Source: Pseudomonadota bacterium (GTDB lineage Bacteria > Pseudomonadota > Gammaproteobacteria > Burkholderiales > JALYOK01). From it: a DNA stretch of 33,469 nucleotides. This document shows, one piece after another, positions 1-6,822 of this stretch; positions within the stretch are counted from its first letter, which is position 1; each line of letters begins with the position of its first letter. The stretch covers positions 1-33,469 of the forward strand of contig JANNMV010000341.1 in NCBI GenBank assembly GCA_031398205.1, in the 5' to 3' direction. The notes beneath the pieces were generated by a model that worked only from the letters and a program-made list of their open reading frames with translations, did no database searches and was not told the DNA's origin. A program made the position numbers and the translations under genes.

Positions 1-304
1 GAGCGGCCTGTGCATGAGTGTAGGTGCCGCAAGGCAAATGCGCTTGCGCACAAGTCGAACCGCGTTAGCGGTGCGGCAGGTAAGGGTGAAACGGTGGTGT
101 AAGAGACCACCGCAGACGCGGCAACGCGCGCTGGCGAGGTAAACCCCATCCGGAGCAAGGCCAAATAGGGGAACATTCGCGCTGCTCGCGCGGTTCCCGG
201 GTAGGCTGCTTGAGCGGCGCGGTAACGCGCCGCCTAGAGGAATGACTGTCTGGGGCTTGGCGACAAGCCCAACACAGAACCCGGCTTATCGGCCAGCTTC
301 TTTC
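1..304 (+). ncRNA. rnpB: RNase P RNA (type A), partial; 5' end lies outside the window
   Basis: Conserved M1-RNA blocks appear in the E. coli order: GGTAAGGGTGAAA (79-91), GTAAGAGACCACC, CCGGAGCAAGGCCAAATAGGGG, CCCGGGTAGGCTGCTTGAG, and the 3' ACAGAACCCGGCTTATCGGCCAGCTTC (274-300). The 5' P1-P4 segment is missing because of the window edge. Confidence 0.9.
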
Positions 305-427
305 TTTACCCCGAGCGGCGCCTTGACGGCGTCATTGCCAAGCCATGTACTTCGTTGTACAGTAAGAGCGCTGTTTGCTTTTTCAATCAGCGTGTTTTGT
401 CCCTAAGCGCTAGCGGCTGGAATCAAA

Positions 428-1117
428 ATGGGCGACGCGATCAAATTGCGGGACGATGAACCGCATTTCACTTTCCGGTGCGTAGACGGTACCGACGCGC
501 TGGAAGAATGTTATCGCCTTCGGTTTGACGTGTACTGTCTCGAGCGTGGTTTTCTGCGCCATGAGGATTACCCATCCGGCCTTGAAATCGACGAATTTGA
601 CATCCACTCGCTGCACTTCGCCGCGTTCAATCGTGTCGGGGATATCGTTGGCGCCATTCGCCTTGTAAAGCCTAATCCGCTAGGTTTTCCGCTACTGCAA
701 CATTGTCAGCTTCATGACGAAGTGATCCCGGATGAAATCGTCGAGATCTCACGCCTGGCGGTCAGCAAAAACTATCGCCGCCGCGTGGAGGATGACATCT
801 ACGGCATCACGCCGGAACAAATTATAATGCCCGACCCACGGCCGGAGGAGCGTCGGCGCCGCCCGGAGATCGTGCTCGGCCTTTACAAAATCATTTATCA
901 GGAAAGTAAGCGCCGCGGTATTTCCCACTGGCTTGCCGCCATGGAGCGGTCGCTCGTCAGGTTGTTATGGCGTTACGGATTTTCGTTCGATGCCATCGGT
1001 CCCGAAGTCGATTACTACGGCCCGGTAACACCCTATATCACAAATATTTCCGAGATCGAACGCGATGTGTTGGCGATCAGGCCGTCGATTTTTAAGGAGT
1101 TCAACGAAGGTCTATGA
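428..1117 (+). CDS. PEP-CTERM/exosortase system-associated acyltransferase, paralog 1 (autoinducer-synthase-like GNAT; LuxI / FeeM N-acyl amino acid synthase superfamily)
   Basis: 229-aa ORF with motifs YRLRFDVYCLERGF, EISRLAVSK, and WLAAMERSLVRLLWRYGF..IGPEVDYYGPVTPY. These fit the exosortase-associated acyltransferase family as I remember it (TIGR03694-like). It lies next to a PEP-CTERM gene. Confidence 0.8.
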   Translation: MGDAIKLRDDEPHFTFRCVDGTDALEECYRLRFDVYCLERGFLRHEDYPSGLEIDEFDIHSLHFAAFNRVGDIVGAIRLVKPNPLGFPLLQHCQLHDEVIPDEIVEISRLAVSKNYRRRVEDDIYGITPEQIIMPDPRPEERRRRPEIVLGLYKIIYQESKRRGISHWLAAMERSLVRLLWRYGFSFDAIGPEVDYYGPVTPYITNISEIERDVLAIRPSIFKEFNEGL

Positions 1118-1137
1118 CCCCGCCTACAAATTGAAAA

Positions 1138-1161
1138 GGGCGGGCCGATATCGGCCCGCCC
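1138..1161. terminator. Perfect 24-nt GC-rich palindrome between convergent genes; likely a bidirectional rho-independent terminator
   Basis: GGGCGGGCCGAT/ATCGGCCCGCCC. On the minus strand it is followed by TTTTCAATTT, a good U-tract for the PEP-CTERM gene. On the plus strand an A-run precedes it and the trailing T-tract is weak. Confidence 0.6.
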
Positions 1162-1190
1162 TCAAGATCAAATAAAGTAGCAGGAACTTA

Positions 1191-1955
1191 CTACATTTTC
1201 CGTTGGCGGGTCGTGAAGCCTATTCCAAGCAAACCCAAACCTAACAGCGCAAGCGTCACTGGCTCCGGTACCGGTACATCTACGGCAACGATCCGCGCGG
1301 TAACGAACAACTCGCTAATCTGGCCTTCTGCCGTATACACTCGATTGCCGTCAACAATGGTGCCGTCACCCGCCTCAAGACCAAAAATCAGTTGATAGTC
1401 GATGCCGCCTGAACTAAATAGCACTGGGGCGAGATCGCCGGCGTCAAAGTCAAAGAAGTCATCGCATATCGTGGCGGCTGGGTTGGGATTCGCACAGGGT
1501 GGCCCGATGTTTGGCGTTTCCGTGAATGCGATACTAACTGCGTTGCTGTCGGTAAGAACAATCGCAAGACCATTCTCGTCCGTGACCTGAATGGTATTCA
1601 CGATGTCGATGGAGTAGCTGAATCCTCGCGGAATTACTATATTGGTATGGGTTAGCTTATTAATACGCACTGCCGGATCGCCGGCATTGACGTTGTTAAT
1701 AGTTGTTAGGCTCAACAGATCCAACGAACTAACCGGGGTAAAGCCTTCAACCCACTCGATGTGGTCAGGCGTAGCGGGTAGGCAACTTAAACCACCGGGG
1801 GGAGCCGAGGGAGGGCTAGCGCTAGCACAATCAAAACCCTTGGGTTCGATGTTATCAAGGGTGAACGGGGCGGCCGATGCGGCCATTGGCAAAACCAACG
1901 ATGCTGTCAAAGCACCTAAGATTGCCAGCCCACTTGTTGATATTGTCTTAAACAT
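1191..1955 (-). CDS. PEP-CTERM sorting-domain secreted protein (possibly THxN family)
   Basis: Signal peptide MFKTISTSGLAILGALTASLVLPMAASA/AP. The C-terminus VPVPEPVTLALLGLGLLGIGFTTRQRKM has the PEP motif, a TM helix and a basic cluster. There is an internal LTHTN motif. RBS AAGGAG sits 7 nt upstream of the ATG. Confidence 0.85.
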   Translation of the reverse strand: MFKTISTSGLAILGALTASLVLPMAASAAPFTLDNIEPKGFDCASASPPSAPPGGLSCLPATPDHIEWVEGFTPVSSLDLLSLTTINNVNAGDPAVRINKLTHTNIVIPRGFSYSIDIVNTIQVTDENGLAIVLTDSNAVSIAFTETPNIGPPCANPNPAATICDDFFDFDAGDLAPVLFSSGGIDYQLIFGLEAGDGTIVDGNRVYTAEGQISELFVTARIVAVDVPVPEPVTLALLGLGLLGIGFTTRQRKM

Positions 1956-2028
1956 AATAAAGCTCCTTTGTTATCTAAAAAGTAAAAAAATCAGCGTGTA
2001 TTATTGTTATTCTCGTATTCATATCCCT

Positions 2029-2044
2029 AGCATAAACTGTGCCG
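2029..2044 (-). promoter_or_regulatory. Candidate sigma-54 (-24/-12) promoter for the PEP-CTERM gene
   Basis: The minus strand reads CGGCACAGTTTATGCT against the consensus TGGCACG-N4-TTGCW. The GG and GC dinucleotides are separated by exactly 10 nt. The site is about 75-90 nt upstream of the ATG at 1955. Confidence 0.45.
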
Positions 2045-2343
2045 ATTAAAAAATGGATTAAATTTCAATTAGATACAAATTCCGCCCGCTCTGGCTGAGC
2101 GATTAGTGTTAAGAATTTCGACATCGAATTTTGGCAAAAACTGTAATGAATGGATTGTAATTTTCCTCAAACAATCCGTTGAGGGGGCCTCGGTTATATA
2201 TAACATTATGTTTATTACCAGTTATATTTTTATATGGGGCACCCAACGCTGAAATTGCTATCCGGCTGATGGTGTAAGAAAAATCGACAGTTAACCGAAG
2301 AACGAAACACAAAATCGACCGCCGCGGCGAACATCGAAACGAT

Positions 2344-3756
2344 TTACCCCGCATAAGCGAATTTTCGTTCGTAATCAAGGGTGAGGCCGAAGGGAAAATC
2401 TAAGTAGGCCCAAAATTTGACGTCGCTACGGGCTCGAAGCCCTTCCGGTAACCCATCGCACACCAGGCCGGCGATCGGTTCGCCTTGGCTTTTCCTGAGT
2501 TGGATGTGCATAGTTATCCGTTCGCCATCGGTGATGAGGCGAAACGCGCCGGTTACGGCATCGGCAACGCTTTGGTTGTCATATAACGCATCTTGATACT
2601 GAATGACATTGCCGCCGGCCCCAAGCGAGCTTTTTTCTCGGCCCATCAGGGCGATCAGCGGCAGGGCAGACATGGTTGGCATCGCCAGGCCAACGTGGTC
2701 AAAGGCTTGGCGCACGTTTTCGCGCGTGACGACGCGCGCGATGTCGCCGGTCGTGTAGCGAATCAGCGGTATAACCCTGCCGTGTTCTATCATCGAAACA
2801 ATAAGTTGGCCAAAGCCTTGCGCGTTGGGTTCAATAATCTCAATGAACGTGCGTAGCGGATTGTAATGAAATAGGGTTGCCACCGCGGCCTGGGGCGAAT
2901 CCGGACCGAACAGCGCATCGCGGAATAACGGGTGAGAACGCACCAGACGACGAATTTGTATCGTTTGTCGCGTTTCGAATAGAATGTTCAGCCCCAATTC
3001 CGCGACGCCAAAAGAAGAACCGATCCAGCCACCGGCCGCGCTGTCTTGATCAATACCCAACTGCCGCGCAAGGTACGCGCGATAGTTTTCGCCGAAGGGC
3101 TCCTCGCCTATGATGACGCTGATCCGTTGCTTGTTCCAACTAATACCTTGGTCTCGGGCCAGGTCGACCAAGCATTTTAGAAACAACGGATCGCCAATAA
3201 GTATGATTTGATCGAACTGTGGTCCAACATCACGTGCAATCGCAAGGGCCATATCTTCGCGCACACTCGTTTCCGCAACGCAGACGGTGTTTGACGAAAA
3301 CCGCACCCCCATAGGCAAGCAGTTAATCACCAGGGTGCGCAAATGGTCGATATCAAATGCTTCTTGTAAACCGAGGTCTATATCGTCGGCCGCCGCGCGC
3401 GCCGCCACCCAAGTTGAGAGGCCGAAACTAAGACGGCCGGTCGCTCCGGAACTAGTGAGCACCCCGGCAACTTGATTCAGAGTTCCCGGCATTGCAAGTT
3501 GGGTGAGGGAAAAGCGAATGAAGGTATTTTGTTTGTTCAATATTGGGGCGCGGCGCAGGACTTCATCGGCACTGGACACACTTTGCCAGTCGAGATTGTG
3601 CTCGCGAAGCAACGTCAGATAGGCCTCACTTTTTGCGGCGCCGCGAAACGCTTTCAGTAACCTTTGATTACTGATGGCGAGCAGCTTCTCCGGCGTTGCT
3701 TTCGCCAACAATGCCAGGCGAAAGCGGCGCATCAATTTGTTTTTTAGTGAAACCAT
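2344..3756 (-). CDS. Stand-alone adenylate-forming enzyme (PaaK / coenzyme F390 synthetase / LuxE acyl-protein synthetase-like)
   Basis: 470-aa ORF. The ordered motifs TSSGATGR (P-loop-like adenylation motif), IIGEEPFG and YTTGDIARV (YxTGD) have spacing like phenylacetate-CoA ligase-type enzymes. No carrier or thiolation domain is present. Confidence 0.6.
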   Translation of the reverse strand: MVSLKNKLMRRFRLALLAKATPEKLLAISNQRLLKAFRGAAKSEAYLTLLREHNLDWQSVSSADEVLRRAPILNKQNTFIRFSLTQLAMPGTLNQVAGVLTSSGATGRLSFGLSTWVAARAAADDIDLGLQEAFDIDHLRTLVINCLPMGVRFSSNTVCVAETSVREDMALAIARDVGPQFDQIILIGDPLFLKCLVDLARDQGISWNKQRISVIIGEEPFGENYRAYLARQLGIDQDSAAGGWIGSSFGVAELGLNILFETRQTIQIRRLVRSHPLFRDALFGPDSPQAAVATLFHYNPLRTFIEIIEPNAQGFGQLIVSMIEHGRVIPLIRYTTGDIARVVTRENVRQAFDHVGLAMPTMSALPLIALMGREKSSLGAGGNVIQYQDALYDNQSVADAVTGAFRLITDGERITMHIQLRKSQGEPIAGLVCDGLPEGLRARSDVKFWAYLDFPFGLTLDYERKFAYAG

Positions 3757-3949
3757 GACAAACGGTTCAACCTTGAGGCGTGGTTTGTCAGGCTATTCTA
3801 TCGACTCACCGACTTGATGGCGAAAAATCTTGGAGTACGCGAGGCTAACGTCGCAGCAGCCTCGACATCGGCGTACACAGGTTCACGCACAGGTTGTATC
3901 TCGAGAATGACGCGAGGTTACCTCGGGGAATCTGAATGCGGGAAGTTAG

Positions 3950-4762
3950 CTAATCCAACTTTGGACAGGCGCCGCTGCGACCGCGGTGAAGATGAGGTTC
4001 AGTCGTCAATCGCATCACGCGGATGCCATCACCAAGATCGGGTTCCGGATTTCTAAACCAATCGGCCAACTGCCCGCTTAACCTTGACACGCTATCTTGC
4101 AGGCTGGAGAGACTCACACAATGGGGTGTAACTTGACCGAAGTAATCCGCCTCTGGGCCGATGGGGGCGAAAATCACGCCGTAGCGCTTGAGCAGCCGAA
4201 CCAGCGAGCGCTCCATTGCCGCATACCAGTGCGTGATACCCGCCTCGAGGCAGTATTGGTACATTGCCTTGTAAAGGCCCAATACGATCCACTCACAGCG
4301 CGGACGCGAACGCCGCTCGAGCCGCGTGGGCGCTAGCCGTCCGGATCCGGTGGCATCAATGAAGTCGCTATCCCGGTCTTCGGATCGCCGCAATAGGGTT
4401 TTGCTGACGACGAGCCGGGAAATTTCCATAGCATCCTCGACCGGTAATCCGCAGGCGCCGAGGGACGTATCGCGGCAGTAATTTTCGAATGGGAAGCCGA
4501 TGCCCGGCATATGCCGTACCAGTCGAACGCTTCCTAGGACTTTTCCGTTATGATCGACAGCGGCAAAATGCACGGCCGCAGAATCATATGAGTCAGATTC
4601 CTCCCCGTTCGGATAATTTTCCTGTGACAGAAAACCGCGTTCGACGCAATAAACTTGATATCGCAACGCGAATAACTCCCGCAGTTGATTCGTCCCGAGG
4701 TGGTCTAGCATGTCTGATTTTCTCCCTGTGCGAACTAGGACATCGAGCAAAAATGATGCCAA
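3950..4762 (-). CDS. PEP-CTERM/exosortase system-associated acyltransferase, paralog 2 (LuxI/FeeM-like GNAT)
   Basis: Motifs ALRYQVYCVERGF, EISRLVVSK, and WYAAMERSLVRLLKRYG..IGPEADYFGQVTP are collinear with the ORF at 428-1117. The start is uncertain: TTG at 4762, or ATG at 4711 preceded by GGGAGA. Confidence 0.8.
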   Translation of the reverse strand: MASFLLDVLVRTGRKSDMLDHLGTNQLRELFALRYQVYCVERGFLSQENYPNGEESDSYDSAAVHFAAVDHNGKVLGSVRLVRHMPGIGFPFENYCRDTSLGACGLPVEDAMEISRLVVSKTLLRRSEDRDSDFIDATGSGRLAPTRLERRSRPRCEWIVLGLYKAMYQYCLEAGITHWYAAMERSLVRLLKRYGVIFAPIGPEADYFGQVTPHCVSLSSLQDSVSRLSGQLADWFRNPEPDLGDGIRVMRLTTEPHLHRGRSGACPKLD

Positions 4763-5093
4763 TAAAATTTATTATAAATAACAACTGGTTAACTAACGTA
4801 GTTGCGATTTGCCCGCCTTTAATGTCTCCAAAAAACGACGAATAAAATAGATAAAATCTAACATCATGAATAAAAACGGAAAATTTTGTCTCAAAACGGC
4901 GACGATCGCGGTAAAAAATTCAGGCACGGGGCTAGTTGGCTACTTATATTCGCGGGTCAGGCTCGATAGTGCCTGTTTAGTGGATTTAGCCGATTCATCC
5001 CACGGATAACGGATTCAGTCGGGTCTCCGCGCAAGCAGGTCATCAGAGACTTCGTAACTCATTGTCCCGCCGTAAAAAAACTGTAATTTCTAC

Positions 5094-5122
5094 TTGACCT
5101 GGTATTTTTTTTCCCTTAAAGT
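5094..5122 (+). promoter_or_regulatory. Candidate sigma-70 promoter of the dcw cluster (Pmra)
   Basis: TTGACC (5094-5099), a 17-nt spacer, then TAAAGT (5117-5122), directly upstream of the MraZ-box repeats and mraZ. Confidence 0.5.
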
Positions 5123-5155
5123 GGGAAAATGTAGGAAGAAGTGGAATTTAATGGA
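5121..5155 (+). promoter_or_regulatory. MraZ operator: 10-nt-phased direct repeats
   Basis: GTGGGAAAAT / GTAGGAAGAA / GTGGAATTTA / ATGGA begin at 5121, 5131, 5141 and 5151. These are TGGGA/TAGGA/TGGAA/TGGAT pentamers with 5-nt spacers. They match the TGGGN-N5 repeat operator reported for E. coli MraZ. Confidence 0.6.
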
Positions 5156-5179
5156 TTTTTAGCGAGCCAAAACGACAAT

Positions 5180-5626
5180 ATGTTTCAAGGATCAACGGCC
5201 CTCACGTTGGATGCGAAGGGAAGGTTGGCAATTCCGACAAAGCACCGTGAGCTCATGAATGGACAGTCGCAAGGTAAGTTAGTGCTTACTGGGCACCCGG
5301 ATGGGTGCCTTTTGCTTTATCAGGCGCCGACATTTGATGAGGTTCGCTCCCGTTTATTGGCAGTAAGTGATACTAACTCACGGGTTGCCTCCTGGAAGCG
5401 CGTCATCGTCGGTATGGCTGAAAGTATCGAGCCCGACGGCCAAGGGCGGGTTTTGGTGACACCGGAATTGCGCAAATTCGCCGGCATGGAAAAACAACTA
5501 ATGATGGTGGGCCAAGGCAATCGTTTTGAAGTTTGGAGCGAGGCAGCCTGGAATCAACAATTGGAACACATTCGCGCTCAAAGCGGCCAATCGATGCCGC
5601 AGGCGATGGAGAGTTTTACTTTGTGA
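5180..5626 (+). CDS. mraZ: Transcriptional regulator MraZ
   Basis: From the ATG at 5180 the protein starts [24 protein letters not shown], the canonical MraZ N-terminus. A second SpoVT/AbrB-like repeat ([13 protein letters not shown]) is present. The upstream extension to 5141 overlaps the operator repeats. Confidence 0.9.
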   Translation: MFQGSTALTLDAKGRLAIPTKHRELMNGQSQGKLVLTGHPDGCLLLYQAPTFDEVRSRLLAVSDTNSRVASWKRVIVGMAESIEPDGQGRVLVTPELRKFAGMEKQLMMVGQGNRFEVWSEAAWNQQLEHIRAQSGQSMPQAMESFTL

Positions 5627-6549
5627 GCGAAGCCTTCGTCCACCGTGCGGTGTTGTTGGACGAAGCGGTGGCGGCGCTGGCAATCAAAGCAGATAGGGTT
5701 TATGTCGATGCGACGTTTGGTCGCGGCGGACATAGTAGAAAAATTTTAGAAACGATCGGGCCGGCCGGAAGTCTTATCGCGTTAGACCGTGATCAAACTG
5801 CGATCGCGGCCGCGCAAGAGATCAAAGACCCGAGGTTTCAAGCGCTGCATGCAAGTTTTGGTCAACTTCAGGCGGTGTTAAGCGCTGTGGGTGTGGTGAA
5901 AGTGGCTGGGGTGTTACTGGATTTGGGCGTGTCATCACCGCAATTGGATGATCCGAGCCGCGGGTTCAGTTTTAGACATAACGGGCCTCTCGACATGCGC
6001 ATGGATCAAGGCCAAGAACAAGACGCTGCGCATTGGTTGAATCACGCCAGCGAGCTAGAAATCGCGGGGGTCGTAAAAGACTATGGTGAGGAGCGGTTTG
6101 CTAAGCAGATTGCAAGATCGATTGTTACGGCAAGGGGCCAACGGCCGCTTGCCACCACAAGGGAACTTGCCGCACTCGTGGCAGGGGCGGTCAAAACGCG
6201 CGAGCGCGGTCAAGATCCGGCAACGCGCACATTTCAGGCTGTTAGGATTTTCCTCAATCGGGAGCTTGAAGAATTGGCGTTAGTGTTAACTCAAGCGATG
6301 GACATGTTGGAAGCGGGGGGGCGCCTAGCAGTGATCAGTTTTCATTCGCTGGAAGATCGTATCGTCAAGCGTTTCATGCGCGATCAAGCCAACCCGGACA
6401 CGATGCCCTCGCGCCTGCCGCTCAAAGCCACGCAATTGCCACAACCTAAGCTCATTATTATCGGTAAGCCTGTATATGCGTCCGATGCGGAAGTTGTGGC
6501 GAATCCGCGCGCACGAAGCGCGGTTCTGCGCGTCGCGGAAAAACCATGA
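5623..6549 (+). CDS. rsmH: 16S rRNA (cytosine1402-N4)-methyltransferase RsmH (MraW)
   Basis: The GTG at 5623 overlaps the mraZ stop (GTGA). Motifs [22 protein letters not shown] and [10 protein letters not shown] are present. Confidence 0.9.
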   Translation: MSEAFVHRAVLLDEAVAALAIKADRVYVDATFGRGGHSRKILETIGPAGSLIALDRDQTAIAAAQEIKDPRFQALHASFGQLQAVLSAVGVVKVAGVLLDLGVSSPQLDDPSRGFSFRHNGPLDMRMDQGQEQDAAHWLNHASELEIAGVVKDYGEERFAKQIARSIVTARGQRPLATTRELAALVAGAVKTRERGQDPATRTFQAVRIFLNRELEELALVLTQAMDMLEAGGRLAVISFHSLEDRIVKRFMRDQANPDTMPSRLPLKATQLPQPKLIIIGKPVYASDAEVVANPRARSAVLRVAEKP

Positions 6550-6821
6550 TGACGCGCATCAATATCGTTTTACTACTGCTGCTGGTGGCGTGCAGCCTAT
6601 CCCTCGTGACGGCGCAACATCGCGCCCGAAAAACGTTCATGGAACTGGCACGGCAACAGGAAATCGCCGCAGCTCATGAAGTTGAATTCGATCGCCTACG
6701 GCTCGAGGAGCGAACCTGGGCGATGCACAGTCGCATTGAAAAAGTTGCACGATTGAATCTGAAAATGCAGGCGCCGGAAGCCGACCGCGTGCGCATCTTG
6801 AGTTTCCCATCCCGCCCCTGA
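6546..6821 (+). CDS. ftsL: Cell division protein FtsL
   Basis: 91 aa with a single N-terminal TM helix followed by a coiled-coil-like region. It sits in the conserved position between rsmH and ftsI, and its start overlaps the rsmH stop (ATGA). Confidence 0.8.
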   Translation: MMTRINIVLLLLLVACSLSLVTAQHRARKTFMELARQQEIAAAHEVEFDRLRLEERTWAMHSRIEKVARLNLKMQAPEADRVRILSFPSRP

Positions 6822-6822
6822 C

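Noticed and set aside
2109-2378. 89-aa minus-strand ORF in the AT-rich spacer, overlapping the 3' end of the adenylating-enzyme gene. Also the 135-aa plus-strand ORF at 1642-2049.
   Set aside because: The first overlaps a better-supported gene and runs through promoter-like AT-rich DNA with odd composition. The second is antisense to the PEP-CTERM gene. Neither has an RBS or motifs.
3950-4080. NPEPDLG in the C-terminal extension of acyltransferase paralog 2 as a PEP-CTERM signal.
   Set aside because: No hydrophobic helix or basic cluster follows it and the protein has no signal peptide, so the PEP tripeptide is coincidental.
305-5093. The island as an integrative mobile element targeting rnpB.
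   Set aside because: I could find no integrase, transposase or recombinase ORF and no direct repeat of the rnpB 3' end at the far boundary. I describe it as an accessory insertion of unknown origin rather than a mobile element.
5141-5179. N-terminal extensions implied by the ORF track: mraZ from 5141, rsmH from 5533, murF from 9947, ftsW from 13785, murG from 14894, murC from 16083, ddl from 18537, lpxC from 22833, dciA to 24527.
   Set aside because: Each extension lies inside the preceding gene or in regulatory DNA (for mraZ, on top of the MraZ boxes). Each precedes an internal start that reproduces the canonical family N-terminus, usually with a 4-nt stop/start overlap.
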